Of a stretch of DNA of 64,000 bases, positions 1-10,883 are shown in pieces. The stretch covers positions 141,980,001 to 142,044,000 of the forward strand of contig OX597814.1 of NCBI GenBank assembly GCA_951406725.2, read 5' to 3'. Position 1 is the stretch's first letter. Each line of letters opens with the position of its first letter. Source of the DNA: Octopus vulgaris. Taxonomy: Eukaryota. A model generated the notes under the pieces. It saw only the letters and a program-made list of their open reading frames with translations, ran no database searches and had not been told where the DNA came from. Made by a program: the position numbers and the translations under genes.

Positions 1-1573
1 ACCAGGATGAACTTATCTGGGCATCCATACTGGGCAAGAATATCCCAGAGGAGCTCTCACGAGACATGATCAAAGTCTTTGGATAGGTCGATAAAGGCCA
101 AATAGAGCGGTTGGTGTTGCTCACGACATTTTTCTTGTAGCTGTCGCAGCATGAAGATCATGTCGGTTGTGCTTCGTGATGGCCTAAAGCCGGTCTGCGT
201 CTCAGGAAGGATCCTCTCTGACAGCGTTTTGAGGCGGCTGTTCAGGATGCATGCAAGAATCTTCCCAGCATTTGCTAATAAAGAAATACCCCAGTAATTT
301 CCACACTCAGAACGATCGCCCTTTCGTTTGTAAATGGTAATGATGTTAGCATCCCTGAAGTCAGATGGTACAACTTCATTTGTCAAGATTTTGACCAAGA
401 GTTGGTGGAGCTGGTGTTGGACAAAATCACCTCCTAGTTTGTAGATCCCAGCTGGGACTCCATCAGGACCCGCGGCTTTGTTGTTCTCCATTGCTGTGAT
501 AGCAATTTTGACCTCTTCGAAGGATGGAATTCGAGCGAGAGAGTAATCTTTGGCCTCTTTAGGAAACATGTCAAGTATGCTTTTGTTGATGGTAGCCTTG
601 TGATTGAGGAGGTCATCGAAGTGTTCTCTCCATCTGTCTCCTATTTCGGTATTGCTTTTCAGGATGGTCGCTCCGTCTTTACTCTTCAGAGGAGCCTGTC
701 CATGTGTGGAAGGTCCGTATATTTCTTTCGTGGCTTTGAAGAACCCTCTGGTGTCGTTTACATCTGCTAGCTGTTGGATTTTACGAGATTTGTGTCTCCA
801 CCACTGGTTCTTCAGGGTACGGGTTGTCCTTTGAACTGCGGCTTTGCACTTTTTGAAAGACTCTCGTTTAGTGACAGACTTTGGATCATTCTGTGAGCTG
901 ATGAAAGCTTTCCGTTTTTGGTCGATCAGTTCTTTGAGAGCTTCATCATTGTCGTCGAACCAGTCCTGGTGTTTCGTTTTCTTGCGACCAATGGTTTCTT
1001 CGCAAGTGGTGATGATGGTTTCTTTCAGCTGGTTCCAATTTTCTTCGACGAGATGATTTGGAGTCTTATTTTGAAGATTGACCTGTAGGCACTGCTGGAA
1101 AGTGACATGAGTTTTTGGGTCTTGCAGTGCTTTGATGTTGAATTTCTTTACTCTGCTTTCCTTGCTGTGATATTTCACTTTTGGTCGGAGTTTGATTTTC
1201 ATGGTGGAGGCGACGATCTGTCCAGCACTCATCCGCTCTGGTGAGCAACACATCTTGCTGGTCTCGGGATCTCACGATGATATAGTCGATGAGATGCCAT
1301 TTTTTAGATCTTGGATGCTGCCATGAGACCTTATATCGATTCTTCTGGCGAAAAAGGGTGTTGGTTATCACCAGGTTATGTTCAGCACATTTGGTGAGTA
1401 GCAGAGTTCCATTGGCATTGACTTTTCCCACTCCTTCCTTTCCGATGGTTCCTGTCCAGAGTTCACGATCTCTCCCAACTCTAGCGTTGAAATCTCCCAG
1501 GAGAATGATCTTGTCGTCCTTTGGGACGATAGAGAGAATGCTATCAAGCTGACTGTAAAACTCTTCCTTGACT
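1..1573 (-). mobile_element. RTE-clade (BovB-like) LINE body, degenerate: C-terminal half of AP endonuclease plus start of reverse transcriptase; runs off window edge
   Basis: ORF 1066..1608 has LLGDFNARVG, NLVITNTLF and KWHLIDYIIV (APE). ORF 57..1253 has KAAGPDGVP, YKRKGDRSECGNYWGISLL, QTGFRPSRSTTD and YLAFIDLSKDFD (RT). Frameshift near 1210-1250 and stop at 57-59. Confidence 0.95.
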
Positions 1574-1897
1574 AAATTCTCCAGACAGACCTGAAAGGCG
1601 AACTGCAATCATCGCCCGGGAACTCCATCGATTCAATTTTGACATCGTAGCTCTCAGTGAAACCCGGAGAGCCGGAGAAGGCCGGCTGAGAGAAGGCGGT
1701 CAATACACCTTTTTTTGGAAAGGTTACGATCCCGACCATCAACGAATCCATGGTGTGGGTTTTGCAATATGAAACACCATCCTATCCAAACTGACAGAGC
1801 AGCCCATCGGAATGTCCGCACGACTCATGACCTTCCGAATCCAGCTTGTCAAAAGTCAGCATGCAAGTATCATCAGCGCGTATGCTCCCACCCTTGT
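1574..1897 (+). mobile_element. Inverted 5' segment of the same RTE LINE (endonuclease N-terminus)
   Basis: Plus-strand translation PDRPERRTAIIARELHRFNFDIVALSETRRAGEG...YTFFWKG...HGVGFAI*...RLMTFRI...IISAYAPTL is the region that normally precedes the minus-strand VKEEFYSQLD. Confidence 0.92.
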
Positions 1898-1900
1898 GTG

Positions 1901-1953
<53 letters not shown>

Positions 1954-2070
1954 ATATGTATATATGTGTATATATATGTGTATATGTATGTGTATATGTA
2001 TGTATGTGTATATGTATGTATGTGTATATGTATGTATATGTATGTTTATATGTATATACATACACACACA
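1896..2070. repeat. Compound (TA)n/(TATG)n/(CA)n microsatellite
   Basis: Direct reading; source of spurious Y/I/M/C-rich ORFs. Confidence 0.95.
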
Positions 2071-2677
2071 CATGTACAACTGGCTATGTCTACCAAATCC
2101 ATTCGCAAGGATTTGGTCCACCTGAGGTTGTAGTAAAAGACACTTGTCCACAGTGCCATGCAGTAAGACTGAACTCAGATCTAAATGGTTGGGAAGCAAG
2201 CTTCTTACCACATAGTTGTGCCTCCACCTGTTTAACATCTGCTTTTCATGCTGGCATGGTTCGGATTTCCACAGAACAAGTCAGCTCTCACTTTACTCCA
2301 TTACTTTGTAGATGACAGTTGCTTGTGTTTCACTTTTGGCTTGGTTCCTCTGGCTGGACAACTTCCCTCTCAGTCTTTGTAGTGTATTCTGGGTGCATTT
2401 TATTGTGGCACCAGCGCTAGAGGGGATGTCATAACCTAATAGAGAATCCTTTTGACCTTACACTTTCTCTCTTCATTTACCAATCACTTATGTATGTGCA
2501 TAAACACACACACACACACACATATGCACAACATTCAATTTAGCCAATTTTAACTCTGTGAAATTGTTATGTTGGTTATTGCATTGAAGTAATAATATAT
2601 TGGAGTTTATTGCTGTGTTTAAATAATAAAGCTCTTAAATTCAGAAGAAATATTTTTATAGAGATCAATTACTAATT

Positions 2678-2727
<50 letters not shown>

Positions 2728-2825
2728 TGTCCATTCATAACCGAGGAAAACCATTACTGACCTTTGGGAACATTGTGCACACAAGACTACCTTATACTTT
2801 ACACTTGCGGCTGTGCAACTATATA

Positions 2826-2860
<35 letters not shown>

Positions 2861-2892
2861 GTGTATGTATGTAAATATATGCACATACCTGT

Positions 2893-3290
2893 AGGCGTAG
2901 GAATGGCTGTGTGGTAAGTAGCTTGCTTATGAACCACATGGTCCCGGGTTCAGTCCCACTGTGTGGCACCTTGGGCAAGTGTCTTCTACTATAGATCTCG
3001 GGCCAACCAAAGCCTTGTGAGTGGATTTGGCAGACGGAAACTGAAAGAAGCCCGTCATATATATGTATATATGTGTGTGTGTGTGTTTGTGTGTCTGTGT
3101 TTGTCCCCCCAACATCGCTTGACAACCAATGCTGTTGTGTTTATATACTTAGCGGTTCGGCAAAAGAGACCGATAGAATAAGTACTGGGCTTACAAAAGA
3201 ATAAGTCCTGGGGTCGAGTTGCTCGATTAAAGGCGGTGCTCCAGCATGGCCACAGTCAAATGACTGAAACAAGTAAAAGAGAGAAAAAGA
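2893..3290 (+). mobile_element. tRNA-derived SINE, family A (my label)
   Basis: A box TGGCTGTGTGG, B box GGTTCAGTCC, CORE-like CCTTGGGCAAGTGTC, internal (TA/TG)n, tail AAATGACTGAAACAAGTAAAAGAG; more than 15 full or partial copies in the window. Confidence 0.9.
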
Positions 3291-3404
3291 AAAGAGATAT
3301 ATATTATGATAGCCGTCCATTCATAACCAAGGAAAACCATTACTGACCTTTGGGAACATTGTGCACACAAGACTACCTTATACTTTACACTTGTGGCTCT
3401 GCAA

Positions 3405-3605
3405 TCGTTAGTTACTGCACGCATTTTTTTTCTCTCCTTCTTTCTGTGTTTTTTTTTCTCTCTGTGTATCTTTCTGTTGAAGAGCGTAGGCTCGAAACGT
3501 TAAAGACTTGTTTTATTTATATTTCCTGAGCGCCATACTAATACAATTGTTTGTTTGTTTTCCACCTGCCTTCGTCTTTTGTCTATTTTCATAAAGCTTC
3601 CCGTT
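3405..3605 (+). mobile_element. About 200 bp hammerhead-bearing repeat module (Penelope-like/retrozyme-like), copy 1
   Basis: Near-identical to 22143..22340; ends directly in (TA)n; contains a hammerhead-like motif. Confidence 0.75.
3469..3506 (+). ncRNA. Minimal type I hammerhead ribozyme-like motif (A6U core variant)
   Basis: TCTTT-CTGTTGA-A-GAGC(GTAG)GCTC-GAAA-CG-TT-AAAGA: stem I TCTTT/AAAGA, stem II GAGC/GCTC, GAAA core, palindromic ACGT stem III, predicted cleavage after GUU at 3501. Confidence 0.65.
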
Positions 3606-3631
3606 ATATATATATATATATATATTCCTGT

Positions 3632-3990
3632 AGGCTAAGGAATGGCTGTGTGGTAAGTAGCTTGCTTATGAACCACATGGTTCTGGGTTCAGTCCCACTG
3701 TGTGGCACCTTGGGCAAGTGTCTTCTACTATAGCCTCGGGCCAACCAAAGCCTTGTAAGTGGATTTGGTAGAAAGAAACTGAAAGAAGCCCACCGTATAT
3801 ATGTATATATATATGTTTGTGTGTCTGTGTTTGGCCCCCCCACATCGTCCCCGTAACTTAGCAGTTCAGAAAAAGAGACCGATAGAATAAGTACTAGGTT
3901 TACAAAGAATAAGTCCTTGGGTCAATTTGCTTGACTAAAGGCAGTGCTCCAGCATGGCCACAGTCAAATGACTGAAACAAGTAAAAGAGT
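3632..3990 (+). mobile_element. SINE family A
   Basis: Same head, body and tail as 2893..3290, with which it shares private variants (GGAATGGC, GCTTATGAACC). Confidence 0.9.
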
Positions 3991-4476
3991 ATACCCCATC
4001 ACAAACACATAAATATAAGCACACACACACAAAAAACATTCACATACACACACATGTTAGTATATGTGCAAGCATTTATACAATTGAATGATGTTATGGT
4101 TGGTGACCACTGAACTGTGAATTAGGGACAGGGGGATATTTCATACCTCATAGGCAAACTACACCAGCCAAAATTATACCATTTACTTAAAGGTCCCAAA
4201 ATCGCTGGCCTCACACCAAGATTTGAAACTAATTTCTGACATGAGCACAAGGCCACAGATCTGTAGGGAGTGAACAATAGTTAATTTGACAGGTACTTTA
4301 TTCTATCAAACTCTGAAGGATGAAAAGTAAGACCACAGCAGGATTTGAACTCCGAATGTAAAAGATTGTGACACAATTCATTTTGTCTTATGCTCAAATG
4401 TTTCCTCCAAATGACCACTTATGAATGTGGAACATGTTACATAAGTATATCATTATATTTTTCTATAGATACTTAC

Positions 4477-4558
4477 AGAATTCCAGATATCTATCCATTG
4501 ATAGGATCACTGGATCAGTGTATGATAGCATTTGTTTGTTGATACCCGTAGATGAACT
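4477..4558 (-). CDS. Candidate exon of an unidentified second transcript (SSSTGINKQMLSYTDPVILSMDRYLEF)
   Basis: Acceptor tttactttacag| and donor |gtaagt; 82 nt, only frame 0 open; non-repetitive sequence. No homology recognised. Confidence 0.4.
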
Positions 4559-4874
4559 CTGTAAAGTAAACTACAAGGTTTATTCCCAAATTGAACTTAC
4601 ACACACATATTTCCATTTATTGATTTTTCATTTCCATGGGCAAGCTTTTGTAAGTAATGTCTTTTTTTATGCGTTTTGCAGTCTAAAGCAAACCATTAGC
4701 TGTCAGCATTACAAACAGTTTGAATTTATTTAGAAGGGTCAGTTTATACAATTTATGCTTTATTATCAGTGTCGTTAATACTTTTATTTAAAAATGTCTA
4801 ATTCATACAGATAAATTTAGGTAACATTGTTTCCAGTATTGCTTTTAATTTCCTGATGTCATCTCCTTTCTCAC

Positions 4875-4901
4875 CTGTGAAAATTTTGTTGGTATAGCCA
4901 T
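4875..4901 (-). CDS. Candidate start-codon exon segment (MAIPTKFSQ)
   Basis: ATGG at 4901 and donor CAG|gtgaga in phase 0, compatible with the open frame of 4558-4477. Confidence 0.3.
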
Positions 4902-5609
4902 GAGATAAAAGTAAAAATATTATTTTTCATAATACACACATAGAAATGAGCAAACTTAGGATATGGAGGAGATCCTAGTTGTAATGCCATCATTTTGAAT
5001 GTAGCAAAATAGGAGCTCTATTACATTATATATATATATATAAACACACATACATACATTTGCATGCACGGCAACAAAAGGAAATAATTTTTAAAAATAC
5101 TTTTTTATGATTCAAAGAAGTTTCAAAAGAATCACAATTTTATTTCTGAAATAAAAAATAAAAAAAAAGTTTTATCATGCCCTCTTCCATAGATAGTCAA
5201 AGAATAGAGAGATAACCCCCAAGGTTTTGATTTTTATTTCTTTTCCATATATATTCCATGTGAGATGCCTGAAAGAGCAGGCTAGTTTAATTTGATCAAA
5301 TCTAACAGGTTATTGGAAATATTAGTCTTTAGAAATATACAGAATCAACAGTTATCACATTCATTCACTTACTGCCACACTTATTTTTTTTTTTCATAGT
5401 GGGAGGTGTTTGATAAGACAAAGAAGGATGGCATGTTTTTTTTCTTTTTCCTTTTTATCTAAGTTCTTGTTTATGTATGCGTGGAAAGAGTATTTGTATG
5501 ATGAAAAAGTGGGTGTATATACAGAATATATAAAAAAGTAAGGAAAAATAATGCATATCATTATTTTATTGATTAGATGAAGGGTAATAATAATAATGAG
5601 GTTTTCTAA

Positions 5610-5817
5610 CATAGGCACAAGGGCCTCATATTTAGGTGTGTGTGTAGTGGGAAGGAGATAGTCGATTATCAGCTTCAGTACTTGACTAGTACATCTTCAT
5701 CGACTCTGGAAGCATGGCAGGACATATTGACTATGGCAGGATTTGAACTCAGAACTAAAAGGAATACACCTAAATACCTTGAGGCATTTTGTGCAACACT
5801 GTACCAATTCACCACAA

Positions 5818-5854
<37 letters not shown>

Positions 5855-6270
5855 GTAATTGTTTCAAATTATGGCAAAAAGCCAGCAGTTTTTGCAGGAG
5901 GGGGTGAGTCAACTTCTATGACACACCCACCCCTCCAGTACTTGACTGGTATTTTATTTTATCAAGCCGGAAGGGATGAAAGGAAAAGTTGACCTAGGTA
6001 GGACCTGAACTCAGAACGTAAAGCGCCAGAAGAAATGCTGCAAGAATTTTGTCTGACACAAACGATTTTGCTAATCCATCAATAATAATAATAATGTTTG
6101 TAATCTAAATATAAGGCCTAATATTTTGAAGGGTTAAGTCAATTAAATCAGCCCTAGTGCTTAACTGGTACCTTATTTTATCGACCCTGAAAAGGTGAAA
6201 GGCAAAGTGGACCCAGGAGGATTTGAACTCAAAACATAAAGAGTATGAACAAATGCCCTAACAGTTCTGT
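5610..6270 (-). mobile_element. Three decayed head-to-tail family B SINEs separated by (AAT)n
   Basis: Repeated reverse complement of TTCTGAGTTCAAAT...CCTTTCATCC...AAGTACCAG with (AAT)n spacers. Confidence 0.8.
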
Positions 6271-7539
6271 CAAGTCAATAATAATATTAATAATAATAAT
6301 AATAATAATATATAATTATCATAATAAAATAATAATGATGATGGTGACCATGGTTTCTTTTGCTGCTATAAAGATGATGGGTTGAGGACATAAGAACAAA
6401 TTACAAAATGATAAGGTTTTCCTTAATTTTCACACAAACATACATGCGCACATGCGGCCTTGTGATTAAGAAGCTTGCTTCCCAACTGTGAGTCATAGAT
6501 CAAGTCCAACTATGTGATACCTTGGGTAAGCATCTTCTAGTAAGCCCAGGCTAACCGAAGCCTTGTGAGTGCATTTGGCAGACAGAAACTGAAAAAAGCC
6601 TGTCATAAATATGTGTGTGTGTATATATGTGTGTGCATCCATGTTATGGCATCATGGTTGTAAGTGCACATCACTGTCATACGAACAGTATTGTTCATTT
6701 CCTGTCTTCCATGAACAACATGTCTGGCCATTAGGGAGATATTACCTTGCTTGGAAGCAGGTGAAAGTTTGTGACAGGAAGGACATCTGGTCATAGAAAA
6801 ATCTACCTCGAGAAATTCCGTTTGACCTATGTGATCATGAAAAAGTGGACGTTAAATAATGATGATGTAAACACATGCACATACATACACGAATATATAT
6901 GTGTATGTGTGTGTGTATGTATGTATGGTATATGAAATATCACTGATACATTTCTTTCCATTGTTATAGTCTTTCATTTATAATGAAAAGCTATGATCAT
7001 GTTTACTGAAGGCCTCAACATTTAGGAGCTGGCTACAGTTGATTAGCTCACCCCCAGTACTCTTCAACCAATACTTATTTTATTATCAACCTCAGAAAGA
7101 TAAAAGGCAAAGCTGACCTCAGCAGGATTTGAACTCAGAACATAAAGGTTTGCAACTAAATACCACAAGGCTTTTTGCTGTCTGTCACTCTAACAATTCT
7201 GCCATTCTCTTGCCCTTGTATTGCCGTGTAAGCGAAATCTTCAGAGATATGTTGGATCAGCATATGTATTCCTTCTGTGTATCGTTTATGAATTTATGTG
7301 AAGTGTGTGTTTGTTTGTGTGCATGGTAGGCACAAGGCCAGAAATTTTAAGGTATGGGTTAGTCTCTTATATCAACCCCAGTACTTGACTGGTTCTTCAT
7401 AATTCATCAACCCCCGAAAGGATGAACTCAGAATGTAAAGAGCTGGAACAAATGCCACATGGCATTTGTTCACTGCTCAAACAATTCTGCTAATCCAAAT
7501 GCATTGAAGCACATTTTAAACGAAAGAACAGATGTGAAA

Positions 7540-7574
<35 letters not shown>

Positions 7575-7647
7575 TAATAATAGTAATAATAATAATAATA
7601 ACACAAAAATTCAAAGCTTTTGATTATTTTCAGATTTTTGTGTCATT

Positions 7648-8141
7648 TCATAATCGAGTAACTTCATCTTTCTGGTTGATGTGTTCATTAGGAGGATCAC
7701 TGTCTGACTGGGGGAAAAGGCTTTTATTTAAACAGTTGGTACTGCAGTTCTTGAGTTCTAACTCACTGTCCTCCTCAGCAGTAGAAAATTGTTCATTGTC
7801 AGCAACAGTTTTTGGTTTACAACATGCTGATTCTTCAGTTGAAAGAACCACTGAAAGACATTCTTGAGTATCTGTGCTTGCTGCCACTGAAAAATTACTG
7901 CAAGTGTCAGAATCTGAATCGACACCAGCTCTTTCCAAAATGCTTGCAAGCTCTGAGGTATCACTACCATGGCTGTTGTTGGCATCGGTATCGCATGAAA
8001 TAGGGGTATAAGAAAAATGGCAGATGTTTGGAAGATTGTTCATAGAACATGGTCGAATTAAACTGTACTGGTCAAAAGCACTGTCCAAAGAACTGGCTGA
8101 ACTGCGACAACTTAAGCGAGCTCCATCTGTTCTTGACAAAC
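7648..8141 (-). CDS. GRASP: GRASP/tamalin-CYTIP-like PDZ scaffold, terminal coding exon (Ser/acidic-rich tail ending EVTRL*)
   Basis: Acceptor ttttattttacag|GT; phase 1 matches the donor at 20415; open for 163 further codons to TGA at 7650-7648; ends in a T-x-L class I PDZ ligand. Confidence 0.82.
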
Positions 8142-8309
8142 CTGTAAAATAAAACAGAAATATATGTCTTATTAAGAGAAACAAAATTATTTTTATGGAA
8201 AAAAAAAATGCAACACCTTCATTGAATATTTGTGAAACAATAGCAAAAATACAGGATTACAAAATATCTCTTAGATCTTTTGCACTGAAGGTACCTAATT
8301 TCAAAAGTT

Positions 8310-8490
8310 AGTAAAGGTTTTTTAAAACCGAATCAAAGGGCCTTAAAGTTAACCAAGCTAAGACAAGAATGGTTGTTAGTAAGAAAGATAAAACTTTTTT
8401 TTCATCAGGTAAACGGCCCTGCTCCATATGTAGGAAGGGAGTTGGAAGAAATTCCAATTGCTGCACCCAGTGTAAACTATGGACACTGTG
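8310..8490 (+). mobile_element. RTE-type LINE fragment with Cys-rich insert
   Basis: Translates to ESKGLKVNQAKTRMVVS...SSGKRPCSICRKGVGRNSNCCTQCKLW, the end of an RT domain followed by a zinc-finger/PHD-like module. Confidence 0.75.
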
Positions 8491-8503
8491 TGTGTATCTC
8501 TCT

Positions 8504-8554
<51 letters not shown>

Positions 8555-8556
<2 letters not shown>

Positions 8557-8826
8557 AGTGCTGTCTGACTGGAACCCATGCTGGTGGCATGTAAAATGCA
8601 CCATTCAAGTGTGTTCAATGCCAATGCTGCCGAACTGACCCCCATGCTGGTGGCAGGAAAAAGCACCCACTACACACTTGAAGTGGTTGGTGTTAGGAAG
8701 GGCATCCATATGTAGAAACCATGCTAAAACAGACATTCAGAGCCTGGTACAGTTCTCAGGGCTTGCCAGCTCCTGTCAAACCATCCAACCCATGCCAGCA
8801 TGGGGAATGGATGTTGAATGATGAAG
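8555..8826 (+). mobile_element. Family D short retroposon (RTE-related), two internal repeat units
   Basis: GTGGTTGGTGTTAGGAAGGGCATCCA...CCAACCCATGCCAGCATGG...(GAT)n tail; many copies in the window. Confidence 0.8.
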
Positions 8827-10105
8827 ACGCATACATGCATTTGATTTTACAAACAAGCAAAAAACTGTACAAAGTAAAATTCAAATTTTCAATTTATTTG
8901 AAGCCAAGGCTTTGTTCCATTGCTAGTCTGTGTTCTCTCTTTCCATTTTTCGTGTGTGTGTGGGGGGTACCTTCAGCCTTTGCTTGATAAACCAGATAAT
9001 TATATTGAACATTTAGAACCCAGCATGGCTCTTTGATTGATCTACTATTTTCAGAATTTAAAAGTAATGGCAGACAGCATCAACCAAGTAAATATAATTA
9101 TACTCTACACCAAATGTAGAGTATTTTCCCTCTTGAGCATTATAGATAACATACATGATACAGACATACTCACACGTGTGTGTGTGTGTGTGCATGCATG
9201 TGTATGACATTTCGATTGAAGTGATTATTTATTTTAGTTTTGAAATTTCAAATTAAGAAAACTGCCACATTTAAAAAAAGAAAGAAAAAAAAATTTAAAA
9301 AAAGAAAAAAAAAATTCATGTGGAACAGATTCAAATCAAAAGGTTGAAAAAAAAATTTTTTTTTAAATGAAACTGAAACCTAAATTCAAAACAAAATTCA
9401 ACAGCAAAAAATCCCCCCCCCCCCCACAAAAAAAAATTAAATTTAAATTTGAAATGATTGAAAAGATACACTAAATTTCAGTATGAAATTGCTTCACAGT
9501 TGCTGTATCATAATGCTTGTTATCATAGTTTCAAGTTCACTGCATATTACTTTAGATAAGTGACTTTCTGTCAAATGCTTGCATTGACTGAAATCTTGAG
9601 AGTGAAATTTCCATCCATCTTCTCTGCTTACCAGGGTCATGGATCGAAAGTCCAGTCCACAAACAACTTCTTCGTAGAGTCTTATCAGGAGCAACTGTCA
9701 TTACACTTTCCAGCTGGATTCCTAAACATGACCGACTGAGACTATGGGTATTATCCAGCCATCTCTTTCTTGGTCTTCTCCTTGTTCTCCTACCAGTTTA
9801 CTCAGCTCAAAGAATCCATCTTACAATTCTTTTCTGTGACTCCTTTCAAGCAGGCCTCACATAAGTGAGGTGGCTGAGTTCCTTTTGAGCATTGGGCCTC
9901 ATGGAGGCAAAGTGGACGAGTTCCTTTCAAGTATTCAAGGTATGTACATGGGAGAATAAGGACTAGTGAAGGCAGGCACAGAATGTGGTTAATGCCACAG
10001 CATTAGTTACAAAAGGAACGAATCATGGTAAATTTCATGGGATCTGGTGATGAGGGCAGGGAAGTAAGCACTCCAGAGAGGAGAAGACATTTTATTCTCT
10101 TAGAC

Positions 10106-10364
10106 CAGTGGTTCTCAACTGGGATCCATATGATCCTTGAGGGTTCCCATAAGATTCTATTGTTAAAATTTATGTCCAATAAAATGGTTATATTTTAACT
10201 ATACACAAAATATTTCCACAATTTTTTCTTTATACCATTTCTTAGAATATTTAATTATAAAAACGAAATAGGATTTTTTAAACAGTGAATGACTATGAAG
10301 GCTCATCCAAGTTAAAATAGGAACCATAGGGGTTGACAGATAAAAGAATGGTGGAGAAACCCTA
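10106..10364. mobile_element. hAT (Charlie/Buster-type) MITE
   Basis: Ends CAGTGGTTCTCAAC / GTGGAGAAACCCTA; 8-bp TSD tcttagac / tcttagag. Confidence 0.75.
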
Positions 10365-10709
10365 TCTTAGAGAATCAAAGAAATGTTCAAAAACAAGAAA
10401 AACGGCATAGCTTGATAAACGTAGGGAAGAAATGGAAAGAAACCGAGCTGAAGGCAAGAATGGTCTTAAAAAAAAATCCTTCCTGAGCAGAGAATAAGTT
10501 TAGCTTTGGTTGAACATAGTCAGGAATATTCTTTAGATGATGCCAAAAATATAAGTAAAATGCAAGGAGAGGAAAACCATAAAAATATATATATAAAACA
10601 ATTACATTTTGGAAGAGTTATTTTAACCATTTAAACCCACAACCTGTCAAATTCAGTTTTCACTTTTTGAGGTGTCAAAATCTGTATCCACTAACTGCAG
10701 ATTTAACTC

Positions 10710-10749
<40 letters not shown>

Positions 10750-10794
10750 ACACCTTTTATACCTATATATATGCATACATATATATACATACAT

Positions 10795-10883
<89 letters not shown>

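Noticed and set aside
4147-4235. Further minus-strand exon ending GAG|gtatga
   Set aside because: The upstream part resembles a SINE B tail and there is no convincing polypyrimidine acceptor.
7999-8067. ITAM-like pair YSLI...YTPI in the GRASP-like tail
   Set aside because: 15 residues separate the motifs, outside canonical ITAM spacing.
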